Shown here: piece after piece, positions 9,580 to 18,506 of the stretch
Layout: each line of letters starts with the position of its first letter
Position numbering within the stretch: position 1 is the stretch's first letter
NCBI GenBank assembly: GCA_903901225.1
Contig: CAIUQE010000011.1
Coordinates: 1,453 to 65,452, forward strand
DNA: 64,000 bases
Direction: 5' to 3'
Origin: Candidatus Omnitrophota bacterium
Lineage (GTDB): Bacteria; Omnitrophota; Gorgyraeia; Zapsychrales; Fredricksoniimonadaceae
Notes under the pieces: generated by a model
Database searches by the model: none
What the model was told of the DNA's origin: nothing
Seen by the model: the letters and a program-made list of their open reading frames with translations, nothing else
Translations under genes and position numbers: made by a program

Positions 9580-11337
9580 TCAAGTCCGGAGGAAGTGGCG
9601 GTCAAAAAAGGCTGTTTTCAGCTCGACGAATACTGGCCGGCCGTGGGGGCAGGTGAACGGGTCCGCGCAGGCCATAAGCTCCTGAAGCTGGTGCACGGCC
9701 TCTTCACCCTTCATGCGGTCGCCGGCCATAACGGACGCGCGACAGGCCCGGCGGGCCAGCCTGTCAATGTCAGGCTTGACGCCTTCATCATCCCCCAGAA
9801 GCGCCTGCGCCGCGCGCGCCATGGGGCCGGAACCGGCAATAAGCGCCGGCGATGTGTGCAGGGCAATGGCGCCCTCATCCAGCAAGGTCGCCTCAAAACC
9901 AAACAAGCCAAGTTTTTCCTGGGAATGGTCGAACGCCAGGCGTTCCTGCGCCGTAAGCCGGACAACAACGGGGGTCAGAAGATGCTGCACCTCGAGCTTG
10001 CCGGCATTGATCTGGGCGCGGAACTTTTCGAACAGGATCCTTTCCTGGGCCGCGTGCTGGTCAATGACAAACAGCGCCTCCCCTTCCTCAAAAAGGTGAT
10101 ACGTGTTGACGAACGTACCGATCCACCTCGATCGCAGTAAACGTTCCTTCAAAGGATCCTGCGACGGGCGCGCGGCGGCAGGAACAGGTGCCGTAAAAAG
10201 CTCCTCCATAGGCGGCAAGGGCACGCTCACGGCCGGGCGCGCGGGTGCCGCGGCCGGGACACTTTCAGGAAGGCTGGAGCGCTGACCTGGCGCGAAAATG
10301 ATCTTTTCAGGCGCTAGGCCGCTGCCCACCTCTTTCGCGCCACCGCGGGTCATCAAAAGCTGTTCCAGCTGGGCACGCAGGATGCTGCCGGCGCGCGCTT
10401 CCTGCCGGATACGGACCTCGCGCTTGGAAGGATGGATGTTCACGTCCACTTCCGCGTGGGCCACATCAAGAAAAAGGATGAACGCCGGATGGACCCCGTC
10501 GGGCATGATCAGGCGGTAGACATCGTTGGCGTGAAACAGCAGGCCGCGGCTCTGGACGGGCCGGCCGTTGACGAACAAGAACTGCAGGTCGCGGCGCGGG
10601 CGCTGGATATTGATATCACCGGCGACGATCCGCAGGGAGATATTGTCCTGGGGCTTGACAACCTCGCCCTGGATCAGATGCCGCGCGTCAAGGTTAAGGG
10701 CCCTGGCGGCGCGCTCAAGGGCGCTGGCGGCCGGGGGAAGATCGATCAACGCGCGGCCGTTGTGGGTCAGGATAAAATGCCGGTCGAAAAAATACAGGAC
10801 GTACGGTAAAAAAACATTGAGGACCTGCTCCGCCTCGGCCGCGTCGCTCTTGAGGAATTTACGACGGGCGGGCGTATTGAAAAATATCTCCTTCACCCGG
10901 ATCTCCGTGCCCTGCGCGGCCATGGCCGCGGGGCGCGATTCTTCCCGGACCCCGCCTCGGACATCGCACTCCCAGGCCTCGGCGCTGCCCTCCGCGCGAC
11001 TTTTAATATTCACCTCGGCCACCGCGCCGATGGAATAAAGCGCCTCACCCCGGAACCCGAGGGACAAAATTTTCTCAAGATCGGCGGCGGAAGATATCTT
11101 GCTGGTGGCATGGCGCTGGAACAGCACGGCCAGGTCATCGCGGGCAATGCCGCGGCCGTCATCCTTGACATGGATCAGGCTGGTTCCGCCCGCCTTGAGA
11201 TGGACCTCGACGCGCGTGGCGCCGGCATCGAGCGCGTTCTCCACAAGCTCCTTGACGACCGACGCGGGGCGTTCCACGACCTCGCCCGCCGCGATGCGGG
11301 CAATGGTCTCGGGGGAAAGTATCTGCACTATCGCCAT
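9580..11337 (-). CDS. mutL: DNA mismatch repair protein MutL
   Basis: The 585-aa product has a GHKL ATPase N-terminus (ELVENALDAGAT ... DDGRGI) and a MutL dimerisation C-terminus. Confidence 0.9.
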   Translation of the reverse strand: MAIVQILSPETIARIAAGEVVERPASVVKELVENALDAGATRVEVHLKAGGTSLIHVKDDGRGIARDDLAVLFQRHATSKISSAADLEKILSLGFRGEALYSIGAVAEVNIKSRAEGSAEAWECDVRGGVREESRPAAMAAQGTEIRVKEIFFNTPARRKFLKSDAAEAEQVLNVFLPYVLYFFDRHFILTHNGRALIDLPPAASALERAARALNLDARHLIQGEVVKPQDNISLRIVAGDINIQRPRRDLQFLFVNGRPVQSRGLLFHANDVYRLIMPDGVHPAFILFLDVAHAEVDVNIHPSKREVRIRQEARAGSILRAQLEQLLMTRGGAKEVGSGLAPEKIIFAPGQRSSLPESVPAAAPARPAVSVPLPPMEELFTAPVPAAARPSQDPLKERLLRSRWIGTFVNTYHLFEEGEALFVIDQHAAQERILFEKFRAQINAGKLEVQHLLTPVVVRLTAQERLAFDHSQEKLGLFGFEATLLDEGAIALHTSPALIAGSGPMARAAQALLGDDEGVKPDIDRLARRACRASVMAGDRMKGEEAVHQLQELMACADPFTCPHGRPVFVELKTAFFDRHFLRT

Positions 11338-11341
11338 AGGG

Positions 11342-13888
11342 TCACTCCAGCGCTTTCTTCATGTCGCCGAGCCGGGCCAAAGCCTGCAGCGGCGTGAGGG
11401 TATTGATATCCAGCGCTTCAAGCCCGGCGGCCAGCGCCTGGAGTTTCGGGTCAGTTCCTGAAAAAAGGTCCGCCTGCCCTGGACGAGCCTCGGGCCCTTT
11501 GAGCCGTTCGCGCAGATTCCCGTCGCGCTCCAGCTCAGCCAGTACCTTCTTCGCCCGCTTGACGACTGACGCGGGCATGCCCGCGAGCTTGGCCACGTAG
11601 ATCCCGTAACTGTCATCCGTCCCGCCGGGAATGATCTTGTGGAGAAAAATGACCTTATCTTCCCATTCGCGCACGGCCACATTGAAATTCTTCACACCGC
11701 GGTACTGATCCGCCAGGAGCGTCAGTTCATGGAAATGCGTGGCGAACAAGGTGCGTGCCCGGCGTTCCGCCAGGAACTCGGCCAGCGCCCAGGCCAGCGC
11801 GAGCCCGTCATAGGTCGATGTGCCGCGGCCGATCTCATCCAAAATGACCAGGCTGCGGTCGGTCAGATTGTTGAGGATATCCGCGGCTTCGGTCATCTCC
11901 ACCATGAAGGTGCTCTGCCCCTTCAGGATCTCGTCGTGCGCGCCGATGCGCGTGAAGATCTTGTCGACCACACCAATGCTGGCCGATGACGCGGGAATGA
12001 AGCTTCCCATCTGCGCCATGATGACCAGGACGGCGTTCTGGCGGATGTAGGTGGACTTGCCCGCCATGTTCGGCCCGGTCAGGACCATGAGATGCGCCGC
12101 GCCACGGTCCATGCGCGTGTCATTGGGGATGAAATCATCCGCCCGCACGGCCTCGACCACGGGATGCCGCCCGTCGATGATGAGGAGTTCTTCCCCGTCG
12201 GTAACTACGGGGCGGACATAACCTTTCATGTGCCGGGCCATGTGCGCGAGGCTGTAAAGGACGTCGATGACCGCCAGTTCCCGGCAGTAACCGTGCAGGG
12301 CCGCCGACTGGGCGAGGATATCCGCCTCCAGGCGGCGCATGATATCAGCTTCAATGCGCAGGACCTTCTCCTCGGCGCTGAGGACGCGCACTTCAAATTC
12401 TTTCAGTTCCGGCGTGATGAAACGCTCGCCGTTGGCCAGGGTCTGTTTGCGCTGGTAATCAGCCGGTACGGACTTCAAATTCACATTGGTCACTTCGATG
12501 TAATACCCGAAGACCCGGTTAAACCCGACCTTCAGGGAATTGATCCCGCTGCGGCGGATCTCCTGGGCCTGGTAAGCGACGAGCCATTCACGCCCGCCTT
12601 CCTGCAGGCCCTTGAGCTCGTCGAGCGCGGCGTCATAGCCCGCCCGGATGACCTTGCCCTCGTTCTTGGCAAAGGGCATGTCAGGATCAATGGCGCGTTC
12701 CAGGGTATCCCGCAACGCGGGGATATCGCTTAGCGCGAAAAATCCACTTTTCCCGGCGAGCGGCACCAAAGCGTCACGGATGACCGGCCCCCGCGCCAAT
12801 GCCTGGCGGATGACCAGCAGGTCCTTCGGCGCGCTGCAGCCGCAACTGATGCGGGAAATGCTTTTTTCGACATCGGGAATGTTTTTCAGCAGCGCCGTGC
12901 CCAGGTGCTCCAGCAATTTTTCCTCATGCCGCAACAACTCAACGGCATCCTGACGCTGGCGGATCTTGCCAATGTCTTTCAAAGGATGGTACAGCCAGAA
13001 ACGCAGCGCCCTTTTGCCCATCGGCGTCACGGTCCTGTCGATCACCTGCAGGAGCGTTTCCATCTCCAGGCCGTAATGGGCGGCGGGCGCGATGAACACG
13101 TATTCCCCGTCGTCGTACAGCGTGATCCGGTCGATGTGCGCCAGGCGGGTCTTGTTCATCTCCCGCAAATACTCGACGAGCGCGCCACAGGCGGCCTGCG
13201 CCAGCGGCAATTCTTCAATACCGAACCCGCGCAGGGAATGCGTGGCGAAATGCGCGCACAAGGTCTCATGCGCCCGGGCGGGCGCGAACGACCAGGGCCG
13301 GAAAGGCGTCATGGCCGTATTCTTCAGCCGCAAGAGCGGGTGCGTAAAAATATCGATCTTGCTCTCTTCGGGAAAAATGCATTCGTTGAGCGCAAGCTTG
13401 GCCAGGACCTCCAGCGCGCGGGACAACGGCAACTGGTTCGTGTGAATGACACCCGTGGCCGTATCCGTGAACGCGAGGCCATATTGTTTGCCGTCGCTGC
13501 AAACAGAGGCGATATAGCGCGCCTCGGCTGCGTCATCAAGATAAGTCCCGGCCGTAATGATGCGGATCACGTCGCGCTTGACGAGGCCCTTGGCCAGGGC
13601 CGGGTCTTCAACCTGCTCGCAGATGGCAACTTTTTTGCCGGCCTTGACAAGCCGGGCGATGTAATTGTCCGCGGAATGATAGGGTAGGCCGCACATGGGC
13701 ACGCGCCCCTCGCCCCCCGCGCCACGGCTCCCTCTGGACGTGAGCACCAGGTCCAGGATGCGCGACGCTTCCTGGGCGTCCTCATAGAACATCTCGTAGA
13801 AATCTCCCAGACGGAAAAAAAGGATACAGTCCCTGTGACGGGCCTTGATGTTGTTGTACTGCTTCTGCATGGGAGTGAGGGGGTCCAT
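11342..13888 (-). CDS. mutS: DNA mismatch repair protein MutS
   Basis: The 848-aa product has the mismatch-binding N-terminus (TPMQKQY ... GDFYEMF) and a Walker A motif (GPNMAGKST). Confidence 0.92.
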   Translation of the reverse strand: MDPLTPMQKQYNNIKARHRDCILFFRLGDFYEMFYEDAQEASRILDLVLTSRGSRGAGGEGRVPMCGLPYHSADNYIARLVKAGKKVAICEQVEDPALAKGLVKRDVIRIITAGTYLDDAAEARYIASVCSDGKQYGLAFTDTATGVIHTNQLPLSRALEVLAKLALNECIFPEESKIDIFTHPLLRLKNTAMTPFRPWSFAPARAHETLCAHFATHSLRGFGIEELPLAQAACGALVEYLREMNKTRLAHIDRITLYDDGEYVFIAPAAHYGLEMETLLQVIDRTVTPMGKRALRFWLYHPLKDIGKIRQRQDAVELLRHEEKLLEHLGTALLKNIPDVEKSISRISCGCSAPKDLLVIRQALARGPVIRDALVPLAGKSGFFALSDIPALRDTLERAIDPDMPFAKNEGKVIRAGYDAALDELKGLQEGGREWLVAYQAQEIRRSGINSLKVGFNRVFGYYIEVTNVNLKSVPADYQRKQTLANGERFITPELKEFEVRVLSAEEKVLRIEADIMRRLEADILAQSAALHGYCRELAVIDVLYSLAHMARHMKGYVRPVVTDGEELLIIDGRHPVVEAVRADDFIPNDTRMDRGAAHLMVLTGPNMAGKSTYIRQNAVLVIMAQMGSFIPASSASIGVVDKIFTRIGAHDEILKGQSTFMVEMTEAADILNNLTDRSLVILDEIGRGTSTYDGLALAWALAEFLAERRARTLFATHFHELTLLADQYRGVKNFNVAVREWEDKVIFLHKIIPGGTDDSYGIYVAKLAGMPASVVKRAKKVLAELERDGNLRERLKGPEARPGQADLFSGTDPKLQALAAGLEALDINTLTPLQALARLGDMKKALE

Positions 13889-14055
13889 AGGGGTATTGTT
13901 ATATCATAAACCCGCATCAGGCATAAAATAATTGACGCTGTTCAGCGCCCCATTGTTTTCGCCGCGCCAAGCGACGGGTACCCTTCCGCCTGGAGCGAAG
14001 CGAAGCCGGAAGGGTGGCGCGTTAAGGCAGGCGAAATGATTTCAACTCAAAACAT

Positions 14056-14448
14056 TCATAAGAATTTAAGCGGCACGTACTTCCCGAACATCCTGAAATC
14101 ACTGTCGACCGTCAACAATGCACAGCCGTAATGAACGACAACAGCGCCTATCAGAAAATCCACATGCCCCCCGTTGACGCCGTGCGCCTTGCATAAATTA
14201 TAATATTCAGCCGCTTTGACGTAAATTTCTTCGGTGATCGGCAGGGTGTCAAATGCAGCGAAATGCTCGCGAAGGCTGATGAATTCCCGTCGGATTTTGA
14301 CGCCGGAAAGTATTTCCTGAAGGATGGGCCCGATCACAACAACCCGGTTGCCCAGGATCAGTTCCCGCAATCTGTCGGACAAGACCGTGTCAGGCTTGTC
14401 CGCGCGCAACACCCTGGACCAGACGCAGGTATCCACCAGCACCTTCAC
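14056..14448 (-). CDS. vapC: PIN-domain ribonuclease toxin VapC
   Basis: The 130-aa product starts MKVLVDTCVW and has acidic residues in PIN-like positions. It overlaps the upstream antitoxin ORF by 4 nt. Confidence 0.8.
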   Translation of the reverse strand: MKVLVDTCVWSRVLRADKPDTVLSDRLRELILGNRVVVIGPILQEILSGVKIRREFISLREHFAAFDTLPITEEIYVKAAEYYNLCKAHGVNGGHVDFLIGAVVVHYGCALLTVDSDFRMFGKYVPLKFL

Positions 14449-14642
14449 CGCGTCCGCCCTTTTTTATAGTCATAGTGCTCATCAAACGTGATCTTCCCAA
14501 AGGCTGACAGCATATCGCGCTGTTTCAAGGATCGTATATACGCGTGCAACGCCTCGGTAACAGCCGCGCGTTTCGATCTGTGCCGCCCGATCTTCAGCGC
14601 TTCATTGATCAACGCATCATCCAAAGCCAGATTTGTCGCCAT
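14445..14642 (-). CDS. vapB: VapB-family antitoxin (small DNA-binding partner of VapC)
   Basis: The 66-aa product runs from the internal ATG (MATNLALDDALINEAL ...). The ORF track's upstream extension is rejected because it is generated by the inverted repeat. The size, genetic arrangement and palindromic operator upstream support the call. Confidence 0.6.
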   Translation of the reverse strand: MATNLALDDALINEALKIGRHRSKRAAVTEALHAYIRSLKQRDMLSAFGKITFDEHYDYKKGRTR

Positions 14643-14670
14643 GAACCCCCCCGTCTTTCTACACAAAGCA

Positions 14671-14690
14671 TTACACATGACAATGTGTAA
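14671..14690. promoter_or_regulatory. Perfect 8-4-8 inverted repeat TTACACAT-GACA-ATGTGTAA about 30 bp upstream of vapB; putative VapB operator overlapping the promoter
   Basis: The repeat is seen directly. TTGCAT and TGTAAT hexamers on the minus strand lie nearby. Confidence 0.4.
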
Positions 14691-14729
14691 TGCAAGGAAA
14701 TTCGTAACAGGTAAATCTTTGAAGCGCAG

Positions 14730-14797
14730 GGGCGGGTCTGTGACCCGCCCACGTGAACGCTTGGGCCGAGTCAAGTGGGCGGGTCACAGACCCGCCC
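14730..14797. repeat. Long perfect inverted repeat: 23-bp arms GGGCGGGTCTGTGACCCGCCCAC / GTGGGCGGGTCACAGACCCGCCC around a 22-nt loop, with each arm itself a 9-bp palindrome
   Basis: The repeat is seen directly. It lies 43 nt downstream of the LamG gene stop on the minus strand and upstream of vapB. It creates spurious ORFs with a repeated GRVTDPPLR peptide on both strands. Confidence 0.55.
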
Positions 14798-14839
14798 CTA
14801 CGCTCCAATGTTTTCACCGGACACGTGTGTAAATTATTA

Positions 14840-15619
14840 TCAGTACGTCTTGAAATTCTTCCAGGTCGAATTCCTGAGAGTTACGGTGCCGTACAGATAG
14901 AGCATCGACACATCGGCGGCGGACAAGGCGCGGTTGTAGACGCGGACGTCATCGATGGAGCCATTGACAAAACTTGCATTGCCAGAACCATGTCCAATTG
15001 TAAACGTATTCGTTGCATTATAAGTCACGGACACACCGTTTTGCGTTGAAACAAGTGCGCCATTTATGTATAAATAAGCATTGTTACCGTCAAATACACC
15101 TACAAGATGGACCCAGGATCCAGCACTAACTGTTGAAGACGCACTACGGAAATATGTTGTACCATTTCCAAGACCAAAATAAACCGATCCACCGTATAAA
15201 TAAAGAGCGTATCCCTGCATCCAATGCCTGCTATCAGAATATTCAGCAATAGAAGCACCGTCTGCATATCCAGTTACAGCTACTGGCTTGACCCAGGCCG
15301 ATACCGATATCAAAGCAGGGGCTAAAACAGCTTGTTGCCCAATAGTCACATATTGCGTTACCCCATCTAAACTCATCGCCCCCTGCCCGATCTTCCCCGT
15401 CCCATACGTCGGACTACCTGTACACGTCCCCGTGTTACCGTGATTACTCGCATCCACGACCGTTGCGCCGGCGCAGGTACCCGAAGAGGCTTCGTCAAAT
15501 TTCCACCACCCCACCAGCCCCGACCATATGTCGGCATGGCAAGGAGTGGCTTGAAAGGAACAAAACGATATGATCGAAAATATTAAAAGAATTCGTAGAG
15601 GAGCGTGTTGGCTGGCCAT
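14840..15619 (-). CDS. Secreted LamG / concanavalin-A-like lectin domain protein
   Basis: The 259-aa product has a signal peptide and a Gly/Ser/Thr/Asn/Tyr-rich beta-jellyroll composition (YLYINGALV, VDDVRVYNRALS). The gene is about 42-45% GC against about 60% in the flanks. Confidence 0.55.
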   Translation of the reverse strand: MASQHAPLRILLIFSIISFCSFQATPCHADIWSGLVGWWKFDEASSGTCAGATVVDASNHGNTGTCTGSPTYGTGKIGQGAMSLDGVTQYVTIGQQAVLAPALISVSAWVKPVAVTGYADGASIAEYSDSRHWMQGYALYLYGGSVYFGLGNGTTYFRSASSTVSAGSWVHLVGVFDGNNAYLYINGALVSTQNGVSVTYNATNTFTIGHGSGNASFVNGSIDDVRVYNRALSAADVSMLYLYGTVTLRNSTWKNFKTY

Positions 15620-15774
15620 AACTTTTTAAATCTTACGTCAATGTTAATTGCGATACAACAATAATTCGGCAAATACCACCAAACCCGGTCCCGCAAGATA
15701 TTCGTTTTTTTTTAATATAGAACGCTTTTTTATGTAAAAATATATGAAGCTTAATTGAATATTAAAGAGGTCCC
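15620..15774. promoter_or_regulatory. AT-rich divergent intergenic region carrying promoters for the LamG gene (minus) and the coiled-coil pair (plus)
   Basis: This is the most AT-rich spacer in the left half. A Shine-Dalgarno sequence AAAGAGG lies 5 nt before the 15775 ATG. Confidence 0.35.
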
Positions 15775-16743
15775 ATGAAACGATCCGCGTTCGCCATTAT
15801 TACCGCATCCTGCATGCTGCTCATCAGCGGCCCTCTGTGTTTCGCGCAAACCCGGCCGGATCCGAAACTTCCCGTCCAAGCACCGGAAAGTATCGCACCC
15901 TCAAAATACGAGATGAACATCCAGGACCTGGCCAATTCCCAGATCTACCGTTATGGCCGGGAAATGTTCCTCGCCGGCAACTATCCCGAAGCGGCCAAAG
16001 TTTTCCTGGAAATGCTCCGCCTCGATTGCCACAGCAAGATCGCCCGTTACCACCTGGAAAAGATCGCGGACATCGCGCCCAGGCTCGGCTTCCTGCGTGA
16101 AAAACTCAAAAATTCAACCTGCGGCGCGAAAAATCTAAAACAGGAAGATTATCTGCCGGCCAAAGCCTATTACCAGGACGACCCTTCACTCTTGCTCGAC
16201 CTTCTGCTTGCCTCCCATAAAAAGAACCGCCTCAACGAGCAGGACATGAAAGAACAGCTGGCGCATTACGCCACCCTGACCGGCGACCTTGAAACAACGA
16301 TCAAGGTCCTGAAACAGGCTCAATCCGACGGGACTTCCACGGCCCCCGGCCGCGCGCTCGTCGAACGGCTTGAAAAAAGCCGCGCGCTCGCGACGCAGAT
16401 CGAAAAAGAGGTCGTCTTGTTGAAAAACCAGCTCGCTTCAGAGCGGCTGCAGCGGCAAAAAGAGGTCCAGGACCTGCGCACCCGCGTGTCCGAAGCTGAA
16501 GCCCAATCCGGCCGCGATATCCCGCTGGCAACGGATGCCGCGAACACGGCGCCCCGCGCCTATTCTCCCGCGGCCCTGGAACTTATCAATGCCACGGAAC
16601 AAGCCAAAACGCAATTGCGGGAGAAAGAAACGGACCTTGCCAACAAGGAAAAAGACGGCGCTGTCCTTCAATCCGGCCTCAACAACATCCAGGATCGCCT
16701 CAAAGCCGTCCAGTCCAACCTTAACAATACCCCGCAACCATGA
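15775..16743 (+). CDS. Secreted coiled-coil protein of unknown function
   Basis: The 322-aa product has a signal peptide (AIITASCMLLISGPLCFA) followed by heptad-rich, Q/E/K/L-rich sequence. Confidence 0.5.
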   Translation: MKRSAFAIITASCMLLISGPLCFAQTRPDPKLPVQAPESIAPSKYEMNIQDLANSQIYRYGREMFLAGNYPEAAKVFLEMLRLDCHSKIARYHLEKIADIAPRLGFLREKLKNSTCGAKNLKQEDYLPAKAYYQDDPSLLLDLLLASHKKNRLNEQDMKEQLAHYATLTGDLETTIKVLKQAQSDGTSTAPGRALVERLEKSRALATQIEKEVVLLKNQLASERLQRQKEVQDLRTRVSEAEAQSGRDIPLATDAANTAPRAYSPAALELINATEQAKTQLREKETDLANKEKDGAVLQSGLNNIQDRLKAVQSNLNNTPQP

Positions 16744-18506
16744 CACCTATAAAAAAATATATCCTGATTTTGCTGGCACTGCTGCTCGTCATGCCGTCAG
16801 TCGCCCTGGCCACGACCGGCTCCGGCTCCATCAACGAGATCATCACGGACATCGCTTCAGTCCAAAACTATCTTGCCGAATATGAAAAAAATGCCCATGA
16901 ACTCATGGGCCTTATCCGCAGCCTTATGACCGACAATGACGCGATGTACCAGATCCTTTATATCCGCTCGCGCGAAGTAGCGGAGCTCAGGCACAAACTC
17001 TACGGCACGCCTTATGAAAAAGCTTATACCGACGCCATGAAAAACCTTCCCATTGACCGGGTCCCCCAGCACCTGCACCGGGCCGGCGACATCCTCCCGG
17101 AGGGACCCAAAGCCCCGCCCCGCGCGAACCAGGACGCCGTCGATGCCTTGATCGCGGAACTCTACCCGAACATCGCCAAAAAAAGACTCGTCGGGCAAGT
17201 ATATTACGCCCCGCGCACAATGAAGCCCGAAGCGTTCGGCAAAGCCCTGGCCAGCCGGCGTGACGCGCTCATCGCGGAAGCCATCGCCACGTCCGAACAA
17301 CAGAACAACATGTCCCGGCTCAAGGACCAGTTGACCGATATCAACGCCTCGCTCAAACAGGCCAACAACCGTTATACGCTTGCCCTCAAAAAGATCGAGG
17401 ATTACTGCAAACGTCTCGAGAACGATGTTTCACACAAAGATATCGTTGACCTGGCAACGTTCAACAAACTCGTCGCGAACTATGCCGAAAAGGTCAAGGA
17501 GGTAGAGCTGCTGAAAAATACCGTTCGCCAGCAGGATGCCGCTCTCGCGAACCAGAAACCTGCCATCACCGCGACCCATGAACGCATCCAGGCCATTGAA
17601 CGCGCCCGGCCCAACGACGCCGAGCTGGCGCAATTAAAGGCCGAACTGACGGCCTATAAAGATTTTCTCGACCGGCAGGAGGTCCGCCACGCGGCCACTG
17701 AAGACGCGGTGACAAAGACCGCGGTGCATGTCACGGACCTTTCACAGCAGCTCGCGGGCATCGCCAAAGATATCGGTAAACCGGAAGTTCCCGTCGTCGA
17801 CCTGGAAAAGAAAGCCCTTAAGACCCAAACAGCCGCCCTTGAAATAAAATTGAACGCCACGGCCAAAGACCTTGACGCCACCAACAGCAGCCTCAACAAC
17901 CTCACCATCCAGGAACAAGGCATGGTCAAGGAGCTTGAGGCCTTGCGCAAAACGGCGGCCGTGGTCAATGAACTGAAAGATGAAAATACCCGCCTGAACC
18001 AGGGCGTGGCTGATGCCAAAGCCCGGATCTCGGTCATCGCCAAAGACCTCGAAGAAAAGACCGCGCTCGTCAAGGACCTGCGCGCCAAAGCCGCCCCCTA
18101 TGAACAGAGGATCGCGGAGCTCTCCCAGGAAGTCGCCACCCTTTCGAGCAACGAACGCTGCCTCCATCCGGTCCACGATGTCAACCGGGCCCAGGATGAT
18201 CTTGCGGCCAGCGACCTGGAAAAACGCCTGCGCCGCACCGAAGACGCGCTGACCGCCACCGAAACCCGGCTGGCCCAGGCGCAAACCGGAATGACCGCCC
18301 TCAAGGAAGAACTCGCCCGGCGTGACGCGCTCATCGCCGAACTCAAGGCGACCCCGCAGTCCGAACTTTGTTCCCTTTCGCTCGATGTGAAGGAAAAAGA
18401 CACGCGGATCAATGAACTGCAGAACCAATTGCTCGCCGTGCAGCAGACCATAAAAGACCTGAACGCCACCCTCAAGACCTGCGCCCCGGCGGTCAAAACG
18501 CCCTGA
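16740..18506 (+). CDS. Secreted or membrane-anchored long coiled-coil protein of unknown function
   Basis: The 588-aa product has an N-terminal hydrophobic helix. The rest is predicted coiled coil. An ATGA overlap with the upstream gene implies translational coupling. Confidence 0.5.
   Translation: MTPIKKYILILLALLLVMPSVALATTGSGSINEIITDIASVQNYLAEYEKNAHELMGLIRSLMTDNDAMYQILYIRSREVAELRHKLYGTPYEKAYTDAMKNLPIDRVPQHLHRAGDILPEGPKAPPRANQDAVDALIAELYPNIAKKRLVGQVYYAPRTMKPEAFGKALASRRDALIAEAIATSEQQNNMSRLKDQLTDINASLKQANNRYTLALKKIEDYCKRLENDVSHKDIVDLATFNKLVANYAEKVKEVELLKNTVRQQDAALANQKPAITATHERIQAIERARPNDAELAQLKAELTAYKDFLDRQEVRHAATEDAVTKTAVHVTDLSQQLAGIAKDIGKPEVPVVDLEKKALKTQTAALEIKLNATAKDLDATNSSLNNLTIQEQGMVKELEALRKTAAVVNELKDENTRLNQGVADAKARISVIAKDLEEKTALVKDLRAKAAPYEQRIAELSQEVATLSSNERCLHPVHDVNRAQDDLAASDLEKRLRRTEDALTATETRLAQAQTGMTALKEELARRDALIAELKATPQSELCSLSLDVKEKDTRINELQNQLLAVQQTIKDLNATLKTCAPAVKTP

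Noticed and set aside
13889-14055. The 168-bp spacer between vapC and mutS examined for a tRNA or small RNA.
   Set aside because: No cloverleaf-compatible arrangement or conserved tRNA boxes were seen. It has an 8-bp hairpin (CCCTTCCG ... CGGAAGGG) and AT-rich promoter-like hexamers, which are best explained as the mutS promoter or vapBC terminator region.
14488-15049. Plus-strand ORFs 14488-14832 and 14753-15049, and the N-terminal extension of the vapB ORF, which share a GRVTDPPLR peptide.
   Set aside because: They are created by reading through the 23-bp inverted repeat on both strands. The repeat is a structural DNA element, not coding.
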